Of a stretch of 52,399 bases of DNA, positions 22,601-31,530 are shown piece after piece. Origin of the DNA: an uncultured Mycoplasmatota bacterium (GTDB lineage: Bacteria > Bacillota_I > Bacilli_A > RF39 > UBA660). Numbering within the stretch: position 1 is the stretch's first letter; each line of letters opens with the position of its first letter. Below the pieces are notes generated by a model that was not told the origin of the DNA, ran no database searches, and was given only the letters and a program-made list of their open reading frames with translations. Where the stretch lies: NCBI GenBank assembly GCA_946490195.1, contig CAMLWN010000003.1, positions 1 through 52,399 of the forward strand. Reading direction: 5' to 3'. A program made the position numbers and the translations under genes.

Positions 22601-23592
22601 TTTATATATCAGGTTCAACTTTAGTAATGAATAGTGGAACGATTACAGGAAATTCAACGACTGGAAATGGAGAAGGCGGAGCAGTTATTCTTTGGCAAAG
22701 TACAGCCACTATTAAAGCTGGAACAATTTCTAATAATACTGCTAATGCCAATGGAGGGGCAATATTTTCTGGCTGTCAGACGGCCAATACGACTTTAAAT
22801 ATAAGTGGTGGAACATTTAGTGGAAATAAGACCAATGGTGGCGGTGGTGCTATTGTTGTTCGTTCCGATAATAAGAGTACTTGTACAGCAACTGTGAATG
22901 TTACGGGCGGAAACTTTACATCCAATTCAGGTAGTTATGGTGGTGCGATTGCTTTAACTCGAGCTACTGGTAATTTTTCAAATGTAACCTTCTCTAATAA
23001 TACTGTTACATACAGAGGTGGTGCTATTAATGTTGATGAAAGTTCACTCGCTTATTTTAAAACAGGAGCAAATTTTACCGGAAATACTGCTCCAGCAGCT
23101 GGTGCTATTCATGTTTCCAATTCTTCAACTATGCATTTTCAAGGAGCCTCAGTTAGTAATAATAAAGCAACTAGTGAAAGTGGCGGTGCTATTGTTGTGT
23201 TTAGATCAAACGGCAATATTTCTTCTGGAACAATAAATGGCAATACCGCTAAACAATTTGGTGGCGGAGTTTTTTATACGGATAATTCGACCGGAACAAT
23301 TAGTGGTGGAACAATATCAGGAAATACAGCTCAATGGGGTGGCGGAGTTAGCGTATGGGGAAGCAGTGCCTTCTATTTCAAAGGTGGAACAATACAAAAT
23401 AATACTGCAAATAGTAATGCAGGTGGAATTGATGTAAACAACTCTGCTTTATACATGCAAGGTGGTAATGTTTTAAACAACAAATGTAATACAGCTAATC
23501 AATACGGCGGAATCTTTGTCACAGACAATAGTACATATAGTTATACGTCAGGAAATATTTCAGGAAACACTCCTTTAAATTCCAATAAATAA
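19684..23592 (+). CDS. Large surface adhesin: signal/TM, TasA-like domain, tandem Ig-like repeats, C-terminal right-handed beta-helix
   Basis: ISYASWLF N-terminus; repeated Y.I.V.D..GN...D...P modules; DSSGNGSSSKPYATL beta-helix cap; many GGA(I/V) and FxxN/IxxN repeats. Confidence 0.8.
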   Translation: MKKKVLFILLVLIVLTSILGISYASWLFRDKQKDFNTLGSKCFELTMMNESEGISLSKTYPISDEEGLSTTGYTFTIKNTCNTHAIYEVNLEDMLVEEKRLSGEYIKVSINDGTPMNLKNLEEKEAHIEESDKSYELTSGSLGPEEETTYTIKLWMDESTPAIEETMNATFLSKISIEAGYTPEENLENEITLQAKSITESLNNKSEVFEITGTSTNYNLIEYSLDKSHWSRIESPSKNVTITQEFTEEGKHAFYIRDEVGNIKEIEIQTTKLDKTVPEIKIEETDNQENVELHITFTDNEELGGYAITESSEEPTEWTSIEGKETTIEYTLTENTTYYIWVKDSVGNISYQKYSTDTIDTQAPELTITNTLTDWGVKDTITIKATDDVVGISGISISKVEGTYNWEVVENTLSYETTKEVTENGTYYISVRDAYGHITTKSIVIDKIDDILPTIENLQTSTEWGKTNQITGSLKDPESGLSGYQITKEKIEPEEYIEINGTSYELNYEVSENGTYYIWVKDSVGNVYQTEVEVTKVDNTAPVLSSVTNSSNGSWAQSITLSWDIEESGSGIKSVEWRLNDDSTWGSFGQNEWYGITRTNERNDTIYIRVTDNAGNVSNIESTVLKIDRTVPSAPVITNSKNNVWSKDAVPVSMKSTDSRSGIARYEWYENGSWTTRAISISDGIGSITYTNQRNETIRIRAVDNAGNVSSESTTIVKLDTTNPTAKISASVSGNNIRVSASGSSDTNSGIKNYQYSRDNSTWYTSTSDSYTFTGLVDGSYTVYVKVTDNSGRTSSVVSTTTVVAYTNVYVSSSGNDSSGNGSSSKPYATLAKAYSQVKSGGNILLLSNTTASSTANFNTASKSVTLKSNGSSVYTITRASSLTGGGILSISNKNNVTISNITFNGNNVSSTSALVSASGSSTLNLNSGTTVQNAVNTKEYAGGGVNVTESSTINVNGATIKNNKSANQGAGLYISGSTLVMNSGTITGNSTTGNGEGGAVILWQSTATIKAGTISNNTANANGGAIFSGCQTANTTLNISGGTFSGNKTNGGGGAIVVRSDNKSTCTATVNVTGGNFTSNSGSYGGAIALTRATGNFSNVTFSNNTVTYRGGAINVDESSLAYFKTGANFTGNTAPAAGAIHVSNSSTMHFQGASVSNNKATSESGGAIVVFRSNGNISSGTINGNTAKQFGGGVFYTDNSTGTISGGTISGNTAQWGGGVSVWGSSAFYFKGGTIQNNTANSNAGGIDVNNSALYMQGGNVLNNKCNTANQYGGIFVTDNSTYSYTSGNISGNTPLNSNK

Positions 23593-23599
23593 TAAGGCA

Positions 23600-23959
23600 T
23601 TATTTTCTGTTAATTCCAACCATACTTCCTAATGTACTAGATAAAATCAAAACAATATAATAAATTAAACGAGATATAGAAAAACCTGTTTGGTAAAACA
23701 ATAAATTAATAACAATTAAAAGAAAAATTAAAGATGCTCCGATTTTTAACCCTTCTAAGTATCCTTTAGAAGGGGCTTTTTTTCCAAAAGTAAAACCAAT
23801 GAAAGCAAAAACCAAAATCATTCCAATCATGATAATAACATCTGTACTTTTTGTATAAAGAATATTTCCTAAATTAAAACAAGCCAAAATCGCACATAAT
23901 ATAAGAATAATTCCTAAAAAAATTCCTAAAGTTTTTCCATATTTTTTTAAAGTTTTCAT
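23600..23959 (-). CDS. TIGR04086/YrzE-like four-helix membrane protein
   Basis: GFTFGKKAPSKGYLEG, STLGSMVGIN; divergent from a DUF421 gene, as in Bacillus yrzE/yrbG. Confidence 0.75.
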   Translation of the reverse strand: MKTLKKYGKTLGIFLGIILILCAILACFNLGNILYTKSTDVIIMIGMILVFAFIGFTFGKKAPSKGYLEGLKIGASLIFLLIVINLLFYQTGFSISRLIYYIVLILSSTLGSMVGINRK

Positions 23960-24032
23960 AAAATCACCTAATAAAGTATATACAAATGATTAAAAAAATA
24001 GAAGTGAACCCATAATAAAATTAGGTGATAAT

Positions 24033-24680
24033 ATGTCTGAACTCTTAAATGTGATTTTTCGTACAATTTTCTTTTATTTCTTTATAGTTTTATTGTATCG
24101 TTTAATGGGCAAACGAGAAATAGGTCAATTGGGGATTATCGATTTAATTGTATCTATTTTGATAGCTGAATTAGTAGCAATTTCCATTGAAAATACAGAT
24201 AAAAGCTTATTTCAAACAATTATTCCCCTAAGTTTGCTTGGAATTCTAGAAATTTTTCTGGCATTCATTAGTATTAAATCTCGAACATTTCGAACTTTTT
24301 TTGGCGGAAAACCTTCTTTGATTATTTGCAACGGAAAAGTAAACTATAAAGAAATGGTGAAACAACGCTATAGTATGGATGATCTTCTGTTAAGCATGCG
24401 ACAAAAAAGTATTCACGATTTAAGAGAAATTGAATATGCATTTTTGGAGCCAAATGGTAAACTATCTATTTTTCCATATCGTCCATTTAAAATTTGTTCA
24501 AGTTATCCAATGCCTTTAATACTAGATGGAGAAATTAATAAAAAAACTTTGCAATTTATTCACAAAGATAAAATTTGGCTAAAAGAAGAACTGGCTAAAA
24601 AGAATTTAGAAATTCAAAATATCTTTTATGCATTTTATAAAAATAAAAAAATTTATTTAATAAAGAAAAGTGAAGTGTAA
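24033..24680 (+). CDS. DUF421 (YrbG/YetF) membrane protein
   Basis: RLMGKREIGQL..IDL, GKPSLII.NG, AFLEPNGKLS, LILDG. Confidence 0.9.
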   Translation: MSELLNVIFRTIFFYFFIVLLYRLMGKREIGQLGIIDLIVSILIAELVAISIENTDKSLFQTIIPLSLLGILEIFLAFISIKSRTFRTFFGGKPSLIICNGKVNYKEMVKQRYSMDDLLLSMRQKSIHDLREIEYAFLEPNGKLSIFPYRPFKICSSYPMPLILDGEINKKTLQFIHKDKIWLKEELAKKNLEIQNIFYAFYKNKKIYLIKKSEV

Positions 24681-24764
24681 GTGTTTTAAAACAGCAAAAT
24701 ATTTTCTTCTCGGGTTTCTATTTTTCGACAAGCTTTGCTTGTTTTTTTTGTTATGCTTTGGTAG

Positions 24765-25205
24765 GTGATGAAAGTGAAAAAAAAGCTTCTATTTATTTTT
24801 CTGGCATTAGCTGTTGGAGCTACTTTAGCTTTTTTTACTTTATTTTATTTAGAACCTGCCAATGATTCAAAAGAAACTCTTGCATTAAAAGTTTTACAAA
24901 CAGGTGTTTATGCATCTTATGAAAATGCTTTAGATGCTAAAGAAAAATTAGAAAATGCTATAGTGTATGAAGATAATGGCTTATATCGTGTTTTAGTTGG
25001 GGCATCGACTACAGATGCTGGGTTAGAGAAAGTAGAGACAATTATGAAGAAAAAAGGAATTAACTATTACAAAAAAGATTTAATCATTGAAAAAAGCGAT
25101 CAAGATTTGTTTTTTAAATATAACATGATGCTAGAAAAAACGAATGAAGAAGAAGTTATCTTGCTACTAAATACTCGAATTTTAGAAAAAATGGTGGAAG
25201 TATGA
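24765..25205 (+). CDS. Membrane-anchored SPOR-like protein (syntenic with Bacillus spoIIB)
   Basis: N-terminal TM; LQTGVYASYENA...YRVLVG SPOR-like motif; immediately before radC. Confidence 0.55.
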   Translation: MMKVKKKLLFIFLALAVGATLAFFTLFYLEPANDSKETLALKVLQTGVYASYENALDAKEKLENAIVYEDNGLYRVLVGASTTDAGLEKVETIMKKKGINYYKKDLIIEKSDQDLFFKYNMMLEKTNEEEVILLLNTRILEKMVEV

Positions 25206-25891
25206 GTTATTTAATTAAAGATTTACCTACAAATGAAAAGCCTAGAGAGAAAGCCAAAAAATATGGAATTTCTTCCTTAAGCAATATGGAACTTTTAGCA
25301 ATTTTATTACGCACGGGCACTAAAGCTATCTCCGCTATAGATTTAGCAAGAAAATTACTTTTAGAATATCGTGACTTAGAAGGGCTAATGCAAGCTAGAT
25401 TAAATACATTAGAAAAGATTAATGGAATGGGAGAAGTGAAAGCAATTACGATTCTTTCAGCATTAGAATTAGGAAAAAGATTACAAGAAAAAGCTCAAAA
25501 TGAGAAAATTCAAATTCGAGAAAGCAAAGATGTGTATACCTATTTTTCTTATTTGTTTTTTCATAGTGACCAAGAAAAATTTTATGTATTATTTTTAGAT
25601 TCAAAAAATTATGTTGTCAATCAAAAATTATTATTTATTGGAACAGCCAATCAAAGTTTAGTTCATCCACGAGATATTTTTAAGGAAGCCATTTTAAATA
25701 ATGCTGTAAAAATTTTATGTGTTCACAATCATCCAAGCGGTAGAGCGACACCAAGTCTTGCAGATGAAGAAGTTACAAAGAGAATTAAAAAAATAGGAGA
25801 CTTGATGGGGATAAGCTTAGTTGATCACGTGATTATCGCTAAAGAAACTTATTACAGTTTTTTAGAAAATAGAAAGGATATATGGGAATGA
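25202..25891 (+). CDS. radC: RadC / JAB-domain protein
   Basis: EKPREK, ELLAILLRTG, VHPRDIF, HNHPSG..TPS.AD, DHVII. Confidence 0.95.
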   Translation: MSYLIKDLPTNEKPREKAKKYGISSLSNMELLAILLRTGTKAISAIDLARKLLLEYRDLEGLMQARLNTLEKINGMGEVKAITILSALELGKRLQEKAQNEKIQIRESKDVYTYFSYLFFHSDQEKFYVLFLDSKNYVVNQKLLFIGTANQSLVHPRDIFKEAILNNAVKILCVHNHPSGRATPSLADEEVTKRIKKIGDLMGISLVDHVIIAKETYYSFLENRKDIWE

Positions 25892-26547
25892 AAAAAAGTT
25901 TGGAATATATGGTCTTTGCATGTATATTATTATTTCTTTTTGTTGGAAAAGATATTTTATGTTCGTATTTAAGTAAAAAAGATTTTAATTTAGAAAAAAG
26001 CATTGTTTTAGATACAGAATATCAGAATTTAAAAAGAGAATATGAAGATTTACTTAAGACAAATGATTTAGACCTTCCATTTTTAAAAGAAGGAATAGTA
26101 AGCAAAGTCATCGTTCATGATCCTTATATGTTTTTTGAAGAAATGACTATTTTAAAAGGAAAAAAGCAAGGGATAAAAGAACAAGATGTTATTGTAAATG
26201 AATTAGGGTATGTTGGACGCGTGAAAACAGTTTTAGAAAATTCAAGTCAAATAGAATTGTTAACGAGTTCCAATACGATTCTTTCGGTTAAAGTAGAAAA
26301 TAGTTATGGAATACTAAAAAAAGAAGGAGAAAAACTAGTCATTGGAGATATCACAAGTAAAGAAGAGATTCAAAAAAATGCCATTGTTTATACATCAAGC
26401 TTTACGAATATTCCAGGAGAAATTCCGGTTGGAAAAGTTACTGAGATTCTCTCAAATACTTTAGAACAAAAAATTATTGTCGAGCCCTTTGTAGATTTTA
26501 ATAATTTAAATTATGTTTTTATCCGAAAGAGTGTATCTTATGAATAG
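25882..26547 (+). CDS. mreC: Rod shape-determining protein MreC
   Basis: TM, coiled coil, KGKKQGIK, GYVGRV, PGEIPVGKV, VEPFVDFNNLNYV. Confidence 0.85.
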   Translation: MGMKKSLEYMVFACILLFLFVGKDILCSYLSKKDFNLEKSIVLDTEYQNLKREYEDLLKTNDLDLPFLKEGIVSKVIVHDPYMFFEEMTILKGKKQGIKEQDVIVNELGYVGRVKTVLENSSQIELLTSSNTILSVKVENSYGILKKEGEKLVIGDITSKEEIQKNAIVYTSSFTNIPGEIPVGKVTEILSNTLEQKIIVEPFVDFNNLNYVFIRKSVSYE

Positions 26548-26896
26548 TTTTTTACCCCTATATTTTTATGTTTCTTTTTTTACTTTTTCAAAAGAAAGAA
26601 TTTTACCATTTTTATTATTTTCTTCTTTATATTTAGATTGCATTGTTTATCCTTTTTCAATAATTCATACATTACTTACAGTAGTTCTATACATTCTAAA
26701 CGTATCTTGGCATATTCCTCATCGATTAAAATTATATTTAGGAAGAACAATTCTAAACACATTGCTTTATGTAGGAAGTCTTGAACTAATTTATCAAAAT
26801 TTCTCTATTTCATTTTTACTTATAAGCATCTTATGGAATCTTTTAATAACCTTTATCTTTTTTAAAAAGCGAAGTCTTAATTTTTCAAAAAGATAG
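26540..26896 (+). CDS. mreD: Short MreD-like membrane protein
   Basis: Hydrophobic 118 aa with LYLDCIVY, directly after mreC; start reset to ATG 26540; divergent. Confidence 0.5.
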   Translation: MNSFLPLYFYVSFFTFSKERILPFLLFSSLYLDCIVYPFSIIHTLLTVVLYILNVSWHIPHRLKLYLGRTILNTLLYVGSLELIYQNFSISFLLISILWNLLITFIFFKKRSLNFSKR

Positions 26897-27479
26897 TTTT
26901 CCCTTGTTTTTTAATTTTTTTCTTTTGTTCTAATTCATTTAATTTGCGCATTAAACTACTTCTATCTACCCCCAAATAATCAGCTAACTCTTTATAAGTA
27001 ATAGGGATTTCAAACTTTTTACTTTCATTTTTTTTGCTTTCAATCCGAAAATAGGTCAAAATTTTTTCTTCCATATTTTTTTTCTGTAAAATAGTGATTT
27101 TTTGATGTAAATAAGTCATATATTGAATCGATTTTTCTAAAAAAAAGTTTAAGTATTTCTGATTAGTTCCTTGAATAAACAAAGTGTAATCTAAAAAGTA
27201 AAGTTCTACAGGAGTAGTGCAAACAAAAAACAAATCATTTTCTTCATTATAAATCCAAAGCTTGGAAAACATTTCATTTTTTTTAAAATGATCAATATAT
27301 AACAAATTTCCATTAATATCAGATTTCATCAAAGAAACCTTTCCTTTTTTTATTAAAGCAATTTCTTTTTTGTTGCTTTGAAAAAGAGGGATAAATTCAC
27401 CTTTATTAAAAGAAAAAGTAGAGACATTTTTTTCAATTTCTTCAATAAATGTTTCTGTTTCTTTGTTTTTCATAAACAT
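26877..27479 (-). CDS. Crp/Fnr family transcriptional regulator
   Basis: cNMP-like barrel (FNKGEFI, KGKV..K.DING) and C-terminal HTH ITYKELADYLGVDRSSLMRKL. Confidence 0.9.
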   Translation of the reverse strand: MFMKNKETETFIEEIEKNVSTFSFNKGEFIPLFQSNKKEIALIKKGKVSLMKSDINGNLLYIDHFKKNEMFSKLWIYNEENDLFFVCTTPVELYFLDYTLFIQGTNQKYLNFFLEKSIQYMTYLHQKITILQKKNMEEKILTYFRIESKKNESKKFEIPITYKELADYLGVDRSSLMRKLNELEQKKKIKKQGKTIFLKN

Positions 27480-27513
27480 CACTTCTAATAAGATTATAGC
27501 AAATTCAAATGAC

Positions 27514-27529
27514 TGTTGCAATTGTCACA
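27514..27529. promoter_or_regulatory. Crp/Fnr-type box 1
   Basis: TGTTGCAATTGTCACA, resembling TGTGA-N6-TCACA, just upstream of the Crp-family gene. Confidence 0.55.
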
Positions 27530-27638
27530 CGAGTGTTTACAATTGACATTTCTTGACAATAATTGTCATTAAAAACAAACGTTCTTTTTTTCGATAAAAT
27601 CTATGCTTTTTATACATGCATTTTTTTTGCTTTTTGAT

Positions 27639-27682
27639 TGTTGCAAAAATCACACGATATAAAAAAGTTTATCTGCTATAAT
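27639..27682 (+). promoter_or_regulatory. Crp/Fnr-type box 2 plus extended -10 promoter of nrdD
   Basis: TGTTGCAAAAATCACA (27639-27654) and TGCTATAAT (27674-27682). Confidence 0.6.
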
Positions 27683-27709
27683 TCTGATTATGGTAGGAGG
27701 AGTATTTAT

Positions 27710-29857
27710 ATGAGTAAATTGAAAACAAAAATTAAAATCATTAAAAGAAATGGCAATAAAGAAGATTTTGATCCTGAGAAAATCAAAATAGCCATAAGAA
27801 AAAGTGCAGAAAGAGTGATGATTAAGCTTACACCAGAAGCTGAAAACGAAGTCGTAAAAATTGTTTTAGACTATGTTGAGACGGGTACAGGAGACTTAGA
27901 TGTCGCTCAAATACATAATTGTGTGGAGGCTGCTTTAGAGCAAGTAAATCCTTTGGTGGCTAAAAGTTACCGAGAATATCGAAATTATAAAAAGGATTTT
28001 GTTCATATTTTAGATAAAGTATATCAAAAAGCTCAAGCAATTAACTATATTGGAGACAAGGAAAATTCAAATACCGATAGCGCTTTAGTAGCGACCCAAC
28101 GAAGCTTGACTTATGGAGCTCTAAATAAAGAACTTTATAAAAAATTCTTCTTAACAAAAGAGGAAATTGAAGCTTGTGAAGATGGATATATTTATGTTCA
28201 TGATATGAGTGCAAGAAGAGATACAATGAACTGCTGTTTATGCGATATCGGAGCAGTTTTAAAAGATGGATTTGAAATGGGAAATCTTTGGTATAATGAG
28301 CCTAAAACTCTAGAAACTGCATTTGGAGTAATGGGAGATGTAATCATTCATACTGCAGCAATGCAATACGGAGGATTTACAGTACCTGAAGTAGACACTA
28401 TATTAGCCCCTTATGCAAAGAAAAGCTATGATAAGCATTTTAAAGAGTACTTAGAAATTCGTGGAGAAAAAGAAGATAAAGAGGGTAAAGCGGATGCTTA
28501 CGCCTGGAAAAAGGTTATTCGTGAATGTGAACAAGGATATCAAGGAATTGAATATAAACTAAATACCATCGGGTCAGCAAGAGGAGATTATCCATTTGTA
28601 ACATTCACTTTTGGTATTGAAGAAGATCCATTTGGACAAATGATTACAAAAACAATTTTAGATACCCATCGCAAAGGCCAAGGAAAACCAGGCTTTAGAA
28701 AGCCAACGCTTTTTCCAAAATTAGTTTTCTTATATGATAAAAATCTTCATCAAAAAGGGGGTAAACTTGCAGAAAGTTTTGACACAGCTTTAAAGTGTAG
28801 TGCAAAAACAATGTATCCGGATTACCTATCTTTAACTGGTGAAGGATATGTACCAGAGATGTATAAAAAATATAAAAGAGTAGTAAGCCCAATGGGATGT
28901 CGTGCCTTTTTATCACCTTGGTATGAAAAAGGCGGTATGAAACCAGCAGATAGTAAGGATAAACCCGTATTTATTGGTAGATTCAATGTTGGAGCAATTT
29001 CTTTAAATTTACCAATGATTTTAGCAAAATCACGTGAAGAACAAAAAGATTTTCATGAGGTATTAGACTACTACTTGGAAATGATTCGAAAAATTCATTT
29101 AAGAACCTATCAATATTTAGGAAAAAGAAAAGCAAGTATCAATCCAATCGCTTTTTGTGAAGGTGGATTCTATGGAGGACATTTAAAACCAAATGAAGCA
29201 ATTGAGCCAGTGTTAAAAAGTGCAACTGCATCTTTTGGAATCACAGCTTTAAATGAACTTCAAGAACTATATAATGGAAAATCTTTGGTAGAAGATGGCG
29301 AATTTGCTTTAGAAACAATGAAATATATCAATCAAAAAATCAATGAATTCAAAGAAGAAGACGGACGTCTTTATGCAATCTACGGTACTCCAGCAGAAAG
29401 TCTATGCGGTTTACAAGTTGAACAATTCCGAAAAAAATATGGAGTTGTTGAAGGAGTAAGTTCTAGAGAGTATGTATCAAATAGTTTCCATTGTGGTGTT
29501 TGGGAAGATATTACTGGAATTCAAAAACAAGATTTAGAAGAAAGATTTTGGGATTTATTCCGTGGTGGTCGTATTCAATATGTTCGATATAATTTGAATT
29601 ATAATACCAAAGCTATGCGAACTTACATTGAAAGGGCAATGGAAAAAGGATTTTATGAAGGCGTAAATTTATCACTATCTTACTGTAATAAATGTGGTCA
29701 TGAAGAATTGGATATGGATGTTTGTCCAAAATGTGGTAGTGATGATTTAGTAAAAATAGATCGAATGAATGGATATTTATCCTATTCAAGAGTTCATGGC
29801 GACACAAGACTTAATCACGCAAAAATGGTCGAAATTTCTGAGAGAAAATCGATGTAA
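27710..29857 (+). CDS. nrdD: Anaerobic (class III) ribonucleoside-triphosphate reductase
   Basis: N-terminal ATP cone (IIKRNG), NCC, MGCR, TPAESLC, SNSFH, CxxC...CxxC, RMNGYL glycyl-radical loop; start at ATG 27710 behind AGGAGG. Confidence 0.97.
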   Translation: MSKLKTKIKIIKRNGNKEDFDPEKIKIAIRKSAERVMIKLTPEAENEVVKIVLDYVETGTGDLDVAQIHNCVEAALEQVNPLVAKSYREYRNYKKDFVHILDKVYQKAQAINYIGDKENSNTDSALVATQRSLTYGALNKELYKKFFLTKEEIEACEDGYIYVHDMSARRDTMNCCLCDIGAVLKDGFEMGNLWYNEPKTLETAFGVMGDVIIHTAAMQYGGFTVPEVDTILAPYAKKSYDKHFKEYLEIRGEKEDKEGKADAYAWKKVIRECEQGYQGIEYKLNTIGSARGDYPFVTFTFGIEEDPFGQMITKTILDTHRKGQGKPGFRKPTLFPKLVFLYDKNLHQKGGKLAESFDTALKCSAKTMYPDYLSLTGEGYVPEMYKKYKRVVSPMGCRAFLSPWYEKGGMKPADSKDKPVFIGRFNVGAISLNLPMILAKSREEQKDFHEVLDYYLEMIRKIHLRTYQYLGKRKASINPIAFCEGGFYGGHLKPNEAIEPVLKSATASFGITALNELQELYNGKSLVEDGEFALETMKYINQKINEFKEEDGRLYAIYGTPAESLCGLQVEQFRKKYGVVEGVSSREYVSNSFHCGVWEDITGIQKQDLEERFWDLFRGGRIQYVRYNLNYNTKAMRTYIERAMEKGFYEGVNLSLSYCNKCGHEELDMDVCPKCGSDDLVKIDRMNGYLSYSRVHGDTRLNHAKMVEISERKSM

Positions 29858-29867
29858 AGGAGGCAAC

Positions 29868-30404
29868 ATGAAATATCATAATATTACAAAAGCAGATATG
29901 TTAAACGGCGAAGGATTACGTGTTGTTTTATGGGTAAGCGGATGTTCACACGCTTGCCCAGGTTGTCACAACCAAATTACTTGGAATGCAAACAACGGTC
30001 TTTTGTTTGACGAAGATGCAAAAGAAGAAATTTTTGCTGAACTAGAACATGATTGGTGCGATGGTCTAACTCTTTCGGGTGGAGATCCTTTATTTACTTT
30101 AAATCGAGAGACTATTGCGAGCTTAGTTAAAGAAGTAAGAGAAAAATATCCAACAAAAACCATTTGGTGTTACACAGGATATACTTGGGAAGAACTACAA
30201 AAAGAGAAGAAAAAAGATAAAAATCTTGATGCGATTTTAAGCAATATCGACGTCCTATTAGATGGAAGATTCATTTTGCAACAAGCAGATGAAAAAATTC
30301 ACTATGTTGGAAGTCGAAATCAACGAGTAATAAATGTCCCACAAACTTTAGAAGAAAAGAAAATAGTTTTATATATAGATAATACTAAGGAGGTAGAAGT
30401 ATAA
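29868..30404 (+). CDS. nrdG: Anaerobic RNR activating radical-SAM protein
   Basis: NGEGLRVVLWVSGCSHACPGCHN, SGGDP, GSRNQR; start reset to ATG 29868. Confidence 0.96.
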   Translation: MKYHNITKADMLNGEGLRVVLWVSGCSHACPGCHNQITWNANNGLLFDEDAKEEIFAELEHDWCDGLTLSGGDPLFTLNRETIASLVKEVREKYPTKTIWCYTGYTWEELQKEKKKDKNLDAILSNIDVLLDGRFILQQADEKIHYVGSRNQRVINVPQTLEEKKIVLYIDNTKEVEV

Positions 30405-30865
30405 TGCGAGTAAGAGGCTTTGAAATTGCTAAGGGATATGAAGATAAAGATATTCATATGCCAGTTCGCAAAACTAAATATGCAGCTGGCTATGACGTCG
30501 AGGCCGCAGAAGACACAGTAATCCCAGTTTATACACCAGGAATCAAACCAACATTAATTCCAACAGGATTAAAAGCTTATTGTGCACCTGATGAGTTTAT
30601 CATGCTAGTAAATCGTAGTTCTGGACCAAAAAAAGGCTTTTTAATGGCAAATAGTATAGGCATAGTTGATCATGATTATTATGGAAATGAAGGAAATGAT
30701 GGTCATTTTTACTTTCAATATTTTAATTGTTCTGATCATGAAATAATCGTTCATAAAGGAGATATAATTGGTCAAGTAATTTTCCAAAAATATTTAACAG
30801 TAGACAATGATGTCGCATTAAATAATATAAGAACAGGTGGCTTCGGAAGTACAGACAACAAATAA
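30404..30865 (+). CDS. dut: Trimeric dUTPase
   Basis: AAGYD, RSS, GIVD.DY, GQ, RTGGFGST. Confidence 0.95.
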   Translation: MRVRGFEIAKGYEDKDIHMPVRKTKYAAGYDVEAAEDTVIPVYTPGIKPTLIPTGLKAYCAPDEFIMLVNRSSGPKKGFLMANSIGIVDHDYYGNEGNDGHFYFQYFNCSDHEIIVHKGDIIGQVIFQKYLTVDNDVALNNIRTGGFGSTDNK

Positions 30866-30876
30866 GGGAAAGAAGA

Positions 30877-30905
30877 GCATAAAATCTTCTTTTTTTTCAT
30901 ATACT
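30877..30905 (+). promoter_or_regulatory. Sigma-E-like promoter overlapping the dut terminator
   Basis: GCATA-16-CATATACT matches the B. subtilis sigma-E consensus ATa-16/18-cATAcanT; overlaps hairpin AGAAGA/TCTTCT plus T-run (30871-30897). Confidence 0.45.
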
Positions 30906-30912
30906 TTTTTAG

Positions 30913-31530
30913 GTGAAAAATATGAACGAATTAGAAATGGTCGAACTCCGTCATAAAAAAAGATTAGAAAAAGAATTCTCTAAACAAGATGACAAAAAAA
31001 TTAGTAAAATATTTACAAAAATTCTTTTAAGTATCATCTTAGTTTTAAGCTGCACGATTTATGTGAAATTAAGTCCAGAAAATTTAGAGTTTTTCAAAAC
31101 CCATGTATTAGAAAATAATTTGACTTTTACCAAAATCAATAATTGGTATCATGAAGTATTCGGTTCGTTTTTACCCAGTGTAAAAGAACCAGATACTCAA
31201 ACCGTGGCTGGTGAAACAAATACTTTGGTAAAAGAAAAATACTTAGATGGATATAAAATTTCAACAAAAAAAGGAAACAGTATTCTTTCCTTAGCAAGTG
31301 GACTTTATGTATTTATTGGAGAAAAAGAAGGGTATGGCAATGTTTTGATAATTCAAGGAGTAAATGGAGTAGACATTTGGTATGGAAATTTAGAAAATAC
31401 CAATTTGAAACTTTATGACTATATTGAAACCAATACAGTTCTTGGAACTGCAAAAGAAGATTACTATTATCTAGCTTTTGTTAAAGATGGAAATTTTATA
31501 ACCTATGAAGAATATCAAAATCAAATGTAA
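30913..31530 (+). CDS. spoIVFA: SpoIVFA-like protein (TM plus catalytically degenerate M23/LytM domain)
   Basis: TM; G.YVFIGEKEGYGN.LIIQ...WYGNL lacking the Zn ligands; upstream of an M50 protease. Confidence 0.75.
   Translation: MKNMNELEMVELRHKKRLEKEFSKQDDKKISKIFTKILLSIILVLSCTIYVKLSPENLEFFKTHVLENNLTFTKINNWYHEVFGSFLPSVKEPDTQTVAGETNTLVKEKYLDGYKISTKKGNSILSLASGLYVFIGEKEGYGNVLIIQGVNGVDIWYGNLENTNLKLYDYIETNTVLGTAKEDYYYLAFVKDGNFITYEEYQNQM

Noticed and set aside
27652-27667. NrdR box upstream of nrdD
   Set aside because: Only the left half (ACACGATAT) resembles the consensus, and no tandem second box is visible.
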